From NCBI GenBank assembly GCA_965262385.1, contig CBDHFB010000016.1, positions 3,510,032 through 3,574,031 on the forward strand: a stretch of 64,000 nt of DNA. Direction: 5' to 3'. The position numbers and the translations under genes are program-made. The notes under the pieces are model-generated. The model did no database searches and was not told the origin of the DNA. It was given only the letters and a program-made list of their open reading frames with translations. Shown in pieces: positions 17,764-27,400 of the stretch (position 1 is its first letter; every line of letters begins with the position of its first letter). The stretch is from Dehalococcoidia bacterium (lineage in GTDB: Bacteria > Chloroflexota > Dehalococcoidia > Lucifugimonadales > CATOSD01).

Positions 17764-17900
17764 AGCAGCTCCCCCTGAGTCCGTTCCTCTGAGTTGACTC
17801 TGGGCCGGGCTGCGTCTTCTTCACCCCCCTAGTAGCAGCAGCTCTCCTGAGTCGATTCCCGTGAGTTGACCCTGGGCCGAGCTGCGTCTTTCTCACCACG
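17764..17900. repeat. Two tandem ~70-bp units; the motif gctgcgtct(n)tctcacc occurs three times (17699, 17808, 17881)
   Basis: agcagctccccctgagtccgttcctctgagttgactctgggccgggctgcgtcttcttcacc compared with agcagcagctctcctgagtcgattcccgtgagttgaccctgggccgagctgcgtctttctcacc. Located directly upstream of the gene at 17998. Confidence 0.6.
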
Positions 17901-17997
17901 GCGTCTCCCTGCGTTCGTCTCGTGGTCGGACTGCGTATGGCGGCGGAACGGCAACACGGATTCATGGAGTCAACAGCAACAAGGAGGTAACGACGAT

Positions 17998-18516
17998 ATG
18001 GCTACTGAACGGACGGACGGCAACGGCGAAGGAGGAGCGCACATGACGGAACGGTACACGGGACCGAGCGCGAAGCGGATCGCAGACCTGCTTCGGCACC
18101 GGGTGAGCTTCGAGCGGGGCTGGTTCTGGACGACGTCGGCCATCTGTCACGGCGGCAAGTCGGACGGGCTGGCGTTCAGGCAGCGACCGGACGGCAACGG
18201 CATCGACGTGCACTGCCACACCGGGGGCTGCTCGGCCGGCGTGGTGATAACCGAACTTGAGGCGCTCATCGGGCTGCCCATCTGGACGGCCTACGAACCG
18301 GTGCGCGACGCGGCAGCCAAGGCCCCCGAGAAGCGGCCTTGGTGGAAGCGACAGCGGGTCTGGGCGCTGACGGTGGTCGCCCTGGTCGTAGCGGCGCCGC
18401 TTATCACCGGCGACGTGGAGCTCTTCGTCCTGAACCTCGTCGGGCTGGGCACTGGGGCGCTGCTGCTCCGGCGGTTCATGCCTCGGCGTCCGGTAGGGAG
18501 GGTCCGTCGCCGCTGA
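17998..18516 (+). CDS. Hypothetical protein with a Cys/His cluster and a C-terminal membrane segment (172 aa)
   Basis: aaggagg lies 8 nt upstream of ATG 17998. AICHGGKSDGLAF...DVHCHTGGC looks like a metal-binding cluster. Hydrophobic stretch VWALTVVALVVAAPLI...LVGLGTGALLL. Confidence 0.65.
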   Translation: MATERTDGNGEGGAHMTERYTGPSAKRIADLLRHRVSFERGWFWTTSAICHGGKSDGLAFRQRPDGNGIDVHCHTGGCSAGVVITELEALIGLPIWTAYEPVRDAAAKAPEKRPWWKRQRVWALTVVALVVAAPLITGDVELFVLNLVGLGTGALLLRRFMPRRPVGRVRRR

Positions 18517-18643
18517 CGACAGGTCCTCCGGCTCCCTCATACCCATCCCAACACGCAAGGGTCGTCTCCATCCGGGGACGGCCCTTCTTCTTTGCCCGCA
18601 AGCGGGCGCAATCCAAAGGCAACACAACATGAAGGAGGTCGTG

Positions 18644-19132
18644 ATGACGACGGCAACATTTGCAACTGGCAATCGGACGATGACGGAAGCTCGGCCTAGG
18701 CGCAGCCTCGAAGAGCTGGTCGACCGGCTCATTGCGGCGCTGTTCAAGGAGCAGGAGCCGGAGACGGCATCGGCGACGGAGACAGCGAGCGTGGCCAAGA
18801 GCGTCCACGAGGCGCGGCGGCTCAGGCAGGCGGGAGATGTGGACGGTGCGCTGGCGGTCCTCGCCGGCACCGCCACAACGAAGGCTGGGCCGCACCAGGC
18901 TAGGTGGGCCTACGCCGAGTGGACTGACCTGGTGAAGCGGCGGTTCGGGGACCGGGACGTCCTCGTCTACAGCCAGGGCGCGGGACAGGCCGCCGCCCTG
19001 ATGCCCACCGGAAACGGCGGGACGCTGGAGGTCGCGGCGGTCCTGGGGATGCGGTGGCCGCCCGGCAAGGTCGTCTCGGGGCGCAGCCTCCGGGGGCTCC
19101 GGCCCCTGGCGAAGGCTTGCCCTCGGCCCTGA
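18644..19132 (+). CDS. Hypothetical protein (162 aa from ATG 18644)
   Basis: aaggagg lies 5 nt upstream of ATG 18644. No recognisable motifs. Confidence 0.55.
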   Translation: MTTATFATGNRTMTEARPRRSLEELVDRLIAALFKEQEPETASATETASVAKSVHEARRLRQAGDVDGALAVLAGTATTKAGPHQARWAYAEWTDLVKRRFGDRDVLVYSQGAGQAAALMPTGNGGTLEVAAVLGMRWPPGKVVSGRSLRGLRPLAKACPRP

Positions 19133-19503
19133 CCGGAGACTGGCCCGGCGCTGGCGTAGCGCAAGCAACGGTTGACGACTCGTGAGGCAAACGGGGCGCT
19201 CCAGTGCCCTGCTTGGACCCTGGGGCGCCTCCTTCTTGCGGCTGCTTGCGCCCGCACGGGGGTCGCTGCCTCCTCCGCCCGCTCCCCTGCGGGCTTCCAT
19301 CCCTCTTCCCCCAACCCCACACGCATCGCACAGGTCTTCTCCCCGACTCCGGCCGGGGGTGTGACCTGTGCCCGATGCACGACGGAGCCTGCCCCGGACT
19401 TGATTCCGGGGGCTTGCCCCGCACACGGCCTTGCACAGAGGCCGCCCCGGACTTGAGTCCGGGATGCCGCCCGGCCATTCGCCACGGCAACAACGCCACC
19501 CAA

Positions 19504-19551
19504 GGAGACAGTCCCAACCATCGGGACACGGATTCGAGCGGGACTGTCTCC
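19504..19551. promoter_or_regulatory. Perfect 12-bp inverted repeat upstream of the 4xHTH gene
   Basis: ggagacagtccc (19504-19515) and gggactgtctcc (19540-19551), separated by a 24-nt spacer, ending 44 nt before ATG 19595. Confidence 0.5.
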
Positions 19552-19594
19552 GACAAGGGGGCGGTCCCGCTTCTTCATTACAGGAGGAAGCGAC

Positions 19595-20686
19595 ATGACG
19601 ACTACGAGCATTGACAGAACCGAGAGCGAGATCAGGGCTGCGGCGAGGCGGCGCGGGATCACCATGAAGGAGCTTGCGGCGCTGATGGACGTGTCCGTTG
19701 GCTACCTTTCGCAGATTGCGAACGGGAAGAGACCGTGGACTCCGAAGATGCGCGAGAAGGCCATGGCGGTCTTGGGAGAGGTCCCCGGGCAGGGGACCGT
19801 CTACCGCCAGGGCGGCGTGGTGACCGGCGAGAGCAGCTTCATCAGGGAGCGCGCACGCACCCTGGGCATGACCATGCATGACCTGGCCGACCGCGTTGGC
19901 GTGTCCTACAGCTACATGACCCAGGTTGCCCGTGGCCGCCAGAGCATGGGCGTCAAGGTCCAGGCCAGGGTCGAGTCGACGTTGCAGGCCCCGGCGAAGG
20001 TCGCGCCCGCCAAGTGCGCCAACCGCCAGGGCGTCGTCGTGGCCGGGGAGAGCAGCTACATCCGGGAGCGGGCCAGGGAGTTGGGCATGAACCTGCGGGA
20101 CCTGGCTGACCGCGTGGGCGTCTCCTACGGCTACATGTCAATGGTGGCGCGGGGTCATAGCAACATGGGCGTGAAGGTCCAGGCGCGGGTCGCGTCGGCG
20201 CTGGAGGCCCCGGTGAAGGTCGCGCCCGCGCAGCCCGCCTGCATCGACCGGGAGGCCGTGTGGGACCGGATGAACGCCCACGGCTTCAGCCAGAACGAGG
20301 TCGCCCGGCGAGCGGGCATCAGCTCGGCCCATCTCTCCCAGATCATGAACGGCAAGTCCTCCCCGTCGGCGGGCGTGCTGAAGGGGCTGCATGGCGTCCT
20401 GTTCCAGCCGACGAGTGCGGAGCGGGTCATGCCCGCCGAGGTGAAGGTGCTGGGCTGGCGGAAGGGTGAGCGGAGCGGGATGGTCGTTCGCGGCGCCGGT
20501 GGCCCCGGGCGCGGCGCCAAGTCCGGCGGCGGGACCGTCCGGGTCGGAGGCCGTGTCCCCTGGGGCGCGATGGCGGAGTTCGCCTACCGCGCCGGGTACG
20601 ACGGCATGGGCAGGGTCTCGGTCACGCACGTCGTCGAGCGGGGCTACTCCGCCATGCTGAAGCAGCCGGAGACGGCGGCTGCTTAG
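19595..20686 (+). CDS. Protein with four XRE-type helix-turn-helix domains (363 aa)
   Basis: aggagga SD. Four HTH units: ITMKELAALMDVSVGYLSQIANGKR, MTMHDLADRVGVSYSYMTQVARGRQ, MNLRDLADRVGVSYGYMSMVARGHS and FSQNEVARRAGISSAHLSQIMNGKS. Units 2 and 3 belong to a ~71-aa tandem duplication. Confidence 0.8.
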   Translation: MTTTSIDRTESEIRAAARRRGITMKELAALMDVSVGYLSQIANGKRPWTPKMREKAMAVLGEVPGQGTVYRQGGVVTGESSFIRERARTLGMTMHDLADRVGVSYSYMTQVARGRQSMGVKVQARVESTLQAPAKVAPAKCANRQGVVVAGESSYIRERARELGMNLRDLADRVGVSYGYMSMVARGHSNMGVKVQARVASALEAPVKVAPAQPACIDREAVWDRMNAHGFSQNEVARRAGISSAHLSQIMNGKSSPSAGVLKGLHGVLFQPTSAERVMPAEVKVLGWRKGERSGMVVRGAGGPGRGAKSGGGTVRVGGRVPWGAMAEFAYRAGYDGMGRVSVTHVVERGYSAMLKQPETAAA

Positions 20687-20952
20687 GGCTCCGTGACGCA
20701 CCGCAATGATGGGCGGCTGCCTTGGAGCAGCCTGGGACGGCCCGCACCGGGCCGCATACGCGAGTCCCGCCGTGGGCGGGCCTTCGCACGTTCAAGCATT
20801 CGCCTGGGGGCGTTGCCGGAACCCGACCGCCCCCGCTGGGGCGGCGCAGTCCGTCTCCCGTCGCTCTCCGCCTTGCGGCGGCGACTGATGGAGACGTGCG
20901 TCCGGGTTCCGGCGTCGTCCTCTAACTACCACGAAAAGGAGGACGACACGAC

Positions 20953-23295
20953 ATGAACCTCGGAGGTTTCATCGACAAGTTCAAGGACGCCATAGCGCGA
21001 AGGGTGGTGGAGTCCTACCCGCCGCTCTACCGGCCCTCGGAGAACGGCGGCACGATCCCCAGGCTGCTCCGCAAGCCCCTGGGGGCGCAGGCCGACGCCA
21101 TCAGGGGAGCGGCCCTCTCCCTGAAGGCCCACCGGGGCACCACGGTCGTCGGCGAAATGGGCACCGGCAAGACCTTTATCGGCGCGGCGGCGGCATACAT
21201 GGCGGGCTTCGAGCGGATTCTCGTCATCTGCCCGCCCCACCTGGTCCCCAAGTGGAAGCGGGAGATCGAGCAGACGGTGCCCGGCGTCCGCGCCGCCATC
21301 GTCGAGTCCATCACCGACCTGGAGCGGCTCCGCCTCTCCGTCGGCTCCGGCCCCCTCTTCGCGGTGATGAGCCGGGAGAAGGCCAAGCTGTCCTACCGCT
21401 GGATGCCCGCCGTCATACAGCGGTGGGCCGTCTCCAAGGGAAGGCTCCTGCGGGAGGAGGAGACTGGGGAGCCGTTCCGGGTTCCCTGCTGCCCCGACTG
21501 CACGGCGCAGATCGTGGACAAGGACGGCGTGCCCCTGACCGACGCCGACCTGAACCGCAGAAAGCACACCTGCGCCGGCTGCGGCTCTCCCCTCTGGCAG
21601 GCGGACAGGTCCGGCCCGGCCCGCTACCCGCTGGCCGACTACATCAAGCACAGGATGAAGGGCTTCTTCGACCTGCTGATCGGCGACGAGGTACATGAGT
21701 TCAAGGGGCGTGGCTCGGCCCAGGGCATCGCCGCCGGCATCCTCGCCGACGTGTGCGGCAAGTCCCTCAGCCTGACCGGCACGCTGCTCGGCGGGTACTC
21801 CTCGACCATCTTCCACCTGCTCTATCGGTTCTCCCCGGAGATTCGCACGGAGTTCGGGCGCTCCGACGAGCACCGCTGGATACAACGGTACGGCTTCGAG
21901 GAGATCACCGTCGGCAAGCCCGACGACGACGCGGTGGAGGACGGGCGCAACAGCAGGCGGCGCAAGTACCGCAAGGTGGTCAGGGAGAGGCCGGGCCTCG
22001 TTCCCAGCGCCCTCTTCCACATCATAGGCAACACGGTCTTCCTCAGACTGGCGGACGTTGCCTCCGGCCTGCCGGACTACGAGGAGAAGATCCTCGTGTC
22101 CTCGATGGACTCGGAGGAGGACGCGACCGGCTACTCCCAGCGTACGGCCTACAACACCGTATTCGAGGAGCTGCGGAAGGAGCTGGCGGCCGCCCTCAAG
22201 AGCGGCTCCAAGCGGCTGCTGGCGACCTACCTCCAGACCCTCCTCGCCTACCCGGATGGCTGCACCAGGGGGGAGACGGTCTTCGACCCCCGGAGCGGGG
22301 ACGTCATCGTGCAGGTGCCGCCCCTGTCCGAGGAGAAGCTCTACCCGAAGGAGAAGGCGCTCATCGACCTGGTGGCCGCCGAGCGGTTGGAGGGAAGGCG
22401 GGTGCTGGTCTACGTCACCCATACGGGGACCAGGGACATCACGGGGCGGATGGACGACATCCTCACCCGGCACGGGTTCAGGGTGGCGGTGATGAAGGCC
22501 GACGCGGTGGCCCCGAACCGCCGTGAGGCGTGGGTGGCCGACAGGGTGCAGGAGGGCATCGACGTCCTCATCTGCCACCCCCGCCTGGTGCAGACCGGCC
22601 TCGACCTCATCGACTTCCCGACTATCGTTTGGGACGAAACGGATTATAGCGTCTACGTCGTCCGGCAGGCGTCGCGGCGGTCGTGGCGCATCGGGCAGAC
22701 CCGCCCGGTGAAGGTGGTGTTCATGTCCTACCGGAACACGCTCCAGGCCGACGCGCTGAAGCTGGTGGCGAAGAAGATGCAGAGCTCCCTGGCGGTGGAG
22801 GGCGAGCTGCCGGAGGACGGGCTGGCCGCCTACGGCGACGACGGCGACGACATAATGATGGCGTTGGCGAGGAAGATCGTCAGCGGCGACGAGGAGGAGA
22901 ACGAGACGGAGACGGTGGAGTCCGTCTTCGCCCAGGCCAGGGACGCCGAGGCCACCGCCGAGGAGTACCTGGTGGACGACGACTGGAAGGTCGTCGAGGT
23001 GGAGCCGGAGGCCGTCGCGGTCAACGGCAACGGCCACCACGCAGGCGGCATCGGGCCGACGGTCGAGCTGGTCCTGGACACCGGGCACCACGCCAACGGG
23101 AACGGGAACGGCCACAGTGACGAGGCCCCGGAGCCGCAGCAGTCGCTGTTCTCCTGGGCGGAGTTCATGGCCGAGGAGCCGGTGAAGCCCAAGGGCCGGA
23201 GCCGCAAGCCTCAGCCCGCAGCCATGTCCCTGTTCGAGTGGGCGCTGGAAATGGAGCAGGAAAGAGAGGAGGAGCCGGTCGGCGCGGGACGCTAG
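20953..23295 (+). CDS. SNF2/DEAD-like superfamily-2 helicase with an inserted Zn-ribbon (780 aa)
   Basis: aaggagga SD. Walker A GEMGTGKT, DExH-type LIGDEVHEF, and helicase C-terminal motifs (LICHPRLVQTGLDL, QASRRSWRIGQ). CCPDC...CAGCG insert between motifs I and II. Acidic, low-complexity C-terminus. Confidence 0.85.
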   Translation: MNLGGFIDKFKDAIARRVVESYPPLYRPSENGGTIPRLLRKPLGAQADAIRGAALSLKAHRGTTVVGEMGTGKTFIGAAAAYMAGFERILVICPPHLVPKWKREIEQTVPGVRAAIVESITDLERLRLSVGSGPLFAVMSREKAKLSYRWMPAVIQRWAVSKGRLLREEETGEPFRVPCCPDCTAQIVDKDGVPLTDADLNRRKHTCAGCGSPLWQADRSGPARYPLADYIKHRMKGFFDLLIGDEVHEFKGRGSAQGIAAGILADVCGKSLSLTGTLLGGYSSTIFHLLYRFSPEIRTEFGRSDEHRWIQRYGFEEITVGKPDDDAVEDGRNSRRRKYRKVVRERPGLVPSALFHIIGNTVFLRLADVASGLPDYEEKILVSSMDSEEDATGYSQRTAYNTVFEELRKELAAALKSGSKRLLATYLQTLLAYPDGCTRGETVFDPRSGDVIVQVPPLSEEKLYPKEKALIDLVAAERLEGRRVLVYVTHTGTRDITGRMDDILTRHGFRVAVMKADAVAPNRREAWVADRVQEGIDVLICHPRLVQTGLDLIDFPTIVWDETDYSVYVVRQASRRSWRIGQTRPVKVVFMSYRNTLQADALKLVAKKMQSSLAVEGELPEDGLAAYGDDGDDIMMALARKIVSGDEEENETETVESVFAQARDAEATAEEYLVDDDWKVVEVEPEAVAVNGNGHHAGGIGPTVELVLDTGHHANGNGNGHSDEAPEPQQSLFSWAEFMAEEPVKPKGRSRKPQPAAMSLFEWALEMEQEREEEPVGAGR

Positions 23296-23307
23296 ACCGC
23301 TAAGACA

Positions 23308-23345
23308 CAGGGGAGGCCATCGTTTGAATACGATAGCCTCCCCTG
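23308..23345 (+). terminator. Strong hairpin 13 nt after the helicase stop
   Basis: caggggaggc / gcctcccctg form a 10-bp stem, with an inner atcgt/acgat stem. A T-run (cctttttt) follows only ~20 nt later, so this is not a textbook intrinsic terminator. Confidence 0.45.
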
Positions 23346-23458
23346 CTCGTCCATGTATGCGGGCCTTTTTTGTTGCCCTTTTTCGACCGCGTATTGAATT
23401 CTTTCCGTGTTTACCATAGTCTAAGAAGTGAAAAAACCATCCTGAGGAGGGATTGACA

Positions 23459-23600
23459 ATGGAGGTCAAGAAGGAGAGACTCACGCTGGACCTGGCCCCC
23501 ACCTTTTAACGTCGGCTGAAGATCATCGCCGCGCTCAAAAGCGTGAGCATGCGCCGTACTGCCGGACCGCCAGCGACCGCGCCCTGAAGAGGGTCAGGCA
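23459..23600 (+). pseudogene. Decayed RHH (ParG/antitoxin-like) gene
   Basis: gaggagg SD followed by ATG 23459. MEVKKERLTLDLAPTF-stop-RRLKIIAALKSVSMRR, then a frame change before ...DRALKRV. Confidence 0.4.
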
Positions 23601-23623
23601 CATATCGGACACCAGCACGAGAG

Positions 23624-24085
23624 ATGAGTGGACGGTATGCTGGAGTCCATATGAGCAGCTATGGGGCCATCATGCCGAGAGTGGCGGCGTTGGCACGGCT
23701 CCCGGCGGAGCCCAGTGCAGAAGCCAAACGCCGCGAGAAGGCCGTCTTGTGGTACGTCGACAATGGGCGGAGGGTGCGGTTGACGGCGCGGCACTTCGGG
23801 TTCAGTCCCGACAGCATCAGCCGCTGGGCGCGGGCCTACGACGCCTTCGGTCTGGCGGGATTGGAGCCTGGGAGTCGGCGACCCAAGCGAATGCGCCAGC
23901 CCCAGATACCGCTGTACGTGGTGCAGCGCATCCAGGCGGTGCGAGAGGAGTATCCCCGATTGGGGCGGAAGAAGCTGCGGGCGCTGCTGGCCCAGGAGGG
24001 GGTGTCCCTCTCTGCCAAGAGCATTGACCGGGTGATCCGCCGCCTCAAGGCCCGGGGTGTGCGGAACGCTTGCTCACCGCAGTAA
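23624..24085 (+). pseudogene. IS481-type transposase, N-terminal HTH part only (no integrase core)
   Basis: ARHFGFSPDSISRWARAYDAFGLAGLEPGSRRPKR...REEYPRLGRKKLRALLAQEGVSLSAKSIDRVIRRLKARGV follows the IS481 N-terminal pattern. No rve/DDE domain follows. Confidence 0.55.
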
Positions 24086-24409
24086 ACTGATGGAGAGAGT
24101 GGGACCGCCGATGATAATACAGCCGCCTTACAGTCTGGAGCTCCTGTTGAGCATGTGTTCGAGGAAGGTGCGCCGGTGGGTGGAGGGCAGGCTGTACCGG
24201 TGAAGAGTAGGCAAGGTGGAGACGGTCAGCCTTCCGCATACTGGAACGGCAAAGCTCCCTGGCTCATGACGGTTGCACCTCCTGTGAAACTGGCTACAGT
24301 TAGGCATTCTCTTATTTATCAGGTGGTGGATTTGGGGTCAACGCGTCCTGGACAACTGAAATCTTAGATTGGAGACGATGATTCCAGTCTTCCCGCACGC
24401 ATAAACGAT

Positions 24410-27400
24410 ATGATGTTCGCTAAACTGCACCGCCGGCAGCGAATCCTGTCGGCGATATGCGCCTTACTTTTGGCCTTCCTCACCTTGAGCAGCGCTACTG
24501 CGCAAGCGGCCAACAGCCAACCGGCGTTCCCGTCCAGCGAGGACGGCGCCCGATCGGTGGCCGAGAACACCACCGCCGGCGCAAACATCGGCGCGCCGGT
24601 TGGGGCCACGGACGCGGACAACGATGCGTTGACCTACACCCTGGGCGGCGACGATGCCGCGTCCTTCACTATTGTCCCCTCCACCGGCCAGTTGCAGACG
24701 CTGGCCGCCCTCAATTTTGAGGGCAAGAACTCCTACAGCGTAACGGTGTCGGCCAGCGACCGGAAGGATGCCACTGGCAACGCCGACACGGCCATCGACG
24801 CCACTATTGACGTGACCATCAGCGTAACCAACGTGGACGAGCCCGGAACGGTCATCCTGTCTCCCGCCCAGCCACGGGTCGGCGAGGTGCTCCGGGCCAG
24901 GGTGAGCGATCCGGACGGAGTTGTGGTTGGCTCAGGTATCTGGGGCTGGCTGAAGTCCAGGGACGGGACACCAGACTGGTCGACCGTTCAAAATAGTGCG
25001 CCTTACCCTAGCTCCTACGAAGTTCAAGCCGCCGACCTGAATTTCTACTTGCAGGCCACCGTGAGTTATGTGGACGGGCACGGACTCGGCAAGAGCGCGG
25101 TAGGTGTCTCCCAGCGTGTGGCTGCCAAAGCGGCGGCGCCGCAGATTCATGTGGAACAGCTGGTCTCCGGCCTGAGCATCCCCTGGGGAATCGCCTTTGC
25201 GCCCGACGGGACGATGCTGTTCACCGAACGCGCCCGCAAGCTGAGCGTCCGCCTCGCCGACGGAACGGTGCGGAATGTCACCGCTGACCTCAGTGATGTG
25301 ATGGTCGCATCAGAAATCGGGTTTATGGCGATAGTCGTCGATCCGGGCTTCGCCACCAACCGGCGGTTCTATACGTGCCAGGGCCATACCGGGGACAAGG
25401 TGCAGGTAATTGCCTGGACCATGAACGCCGGATATACGGAGGCCACCCGGGTCGCCGACCCCTTGGTCGATGGGATACCTGGCAGCAGTAGAAACCATTC
25501 CGGCAAGCATTCCGGCTGCCGGCTGCGCTTCGGGCCGGACGGCTATCTTTGGATTGCTACCGGGGATGCGACAACCGGATCGGCGCCCCAGAGCCTGACC
25601 AACCTTGGCGGCAAGGTGCTGCGGGTAGTTGCATCGACTGGCGCCGGGGCGCCGGGCAACCCATTCTCTGCCCCCAATTCGCCGCTGATTTACACCTACG
25701 GCCACCGCAACCCCCAGGGCCTGGCCCTGCGCCCCGGCAGCAGCGGCCAGATGTGGTCGGTGGAGCACGGCCCGGCCTTTGACGACGAGATCAATCTGTT
25801 GACCGCCGGCGGCAATTACGGCTGGGACCCGGCGCCCGGGTACAACGAGTCAACACCCATGACCGACCTGGAGAAATTCCCCAGCGCCATCGAGGCCAAG
25901 TGGGCCTCGGGGAACAAATCCCTGGCCGCCAGCGGCGGCATCTTCCTGGAGGGCGCCTGGTGGGGCCCGTGGGACGGCCGGCTGGCGGTGGCGTCCCTCA
26001 AGGACAAGACATTGCGCGTCCTTGAGTTCAGTCCGTCCGGCGACCTGTTGAGCGAGATCAGCGTCAGCAAACTCAAAAACGTCTATGGCCGACTCCGCAC
26101 CCCGATGATGGGGCCGGATGGCGCCCTGTATGTCTCCACCTCCGAGGACAACGGCGAGGACAAGATCCTGCTGGTCACTCCCCAGGTGGCTCCCCGGTTC
26201 CCAGTCAATACCGACACCACCTGGGATACGCCGGAGAACGCCGATATCACCACCATCGTCGCCACTGTTGCGGCCGAAGAGCCGAACGGCGAGGCGATCA
26301 CCTACTCCCTGGGCGGGACCGACGCCGCCTCCTTCAACATAAAAGATACTGCCGTCGGGGAATTGCGGGCCAACGCGCCCCTGGACTACGAGACCAAATC
26401 CTCGTACCAGGTCGATGTTATCGCCACCGACCCCAATAGCTTGAGCAGCAAAGTAACACTGACCATCACAGTAACCAACGAGGACGATGCGGGCGCGATA
26501 ACCCTGTCGTCCCAAGCACCCGTCGTTGGCATAGACCTGACGGCCAGTATCACCGACCCCGACGGGGGTGTTTCCAGCATAGGTTGGACCTGGAGTAAAT
26601 CCTCGGACCAAACTACGTGGACCGCTATTGCCGGCGCAACGTCGTCCACGTACCGACCGGTTGCCGCCGACGTTGGCAGCTACCTGCGAGCCACGGCGGC
26701 TTACACCGACAGCCAAGGATCGGGCAAGAATGCGCAACAGAAAACGGACGCCCCGGTTGCGGCGGCTCAGATCGGGGTGAGCGTGTCCGAGACCGCGCTG
26801 ACAGTCGCCGAGGGCGCCAGCGCCACCTACACCGTGGTCCTGGACGGCCAGCCCGCCTCCGATGTGGTAATCGAGGTGACCAGCAACAATTCCGACGTGA
26901 CGCTGGACACCGACGCGGCGGCGTCCGGCAACCAGACCACGCTGACCTTCACCCGGGCCAACTGGAGCACGGCGCAGACGGTGACGGTGGCCGCGGCCGA
27001 CGACGCCGACGCGGTGAACGACACGGCCTCCATCGCCCACGCGGTGGTGGCCGCCGAAAGCGCCGACGAGTACGACGCGGCGACCATCGCCGGGGTGGTG
27101 GTGACCGTGACCGACGACGACACCGCCGGGGTGACCGTGTCCGAAAGCACGCTGACGTTGGACGAGGGCGCCAGCGCCACCTACACGGTGGTCCTGGACG
27201 CTCAGCCCGCCGCCGCCGTGCTGATTCGCATTGACAACAACAACCAGGACGTGAAGGTGGACGCCAACGCGACGATACCAGGCCTCCAGCCCGGCATGTT
27301 CTTCACCCCGAGCAACTGGAACACGCCGCAGACGGTGATGGTGTCCGCCGCCCAGGACGCCGACGCGGTGGACGACAAAGCCCAGCTGAGCCACGCTGTA

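Noticed and set aside
17962-19879. 304-aa and 467-aa minus-strand ORFs
   Set aside because: They are antisense to two plus-strand genes with strong SD sequences and to repeat-rich intergenic DNA. They are Arg/Pro/Gly-rich.
20926-23502. 858-aa minus-strand ORF
   Set aside because: It is antisense to the SNF2-type helicase, which has canonical motifs and an SD. The composition is Gly/Arg/Leu/Pro-biased.
24086-24400. Possible transposase tail on the minus strand (…LTVSTLPTLHRYSLPSTHRRTFLEHMLNRSSRL*) between the IS481 fragment and the giant gene
   Set aside because: I cannot place it in any family from memory. It is too short and has no supporting repeats.
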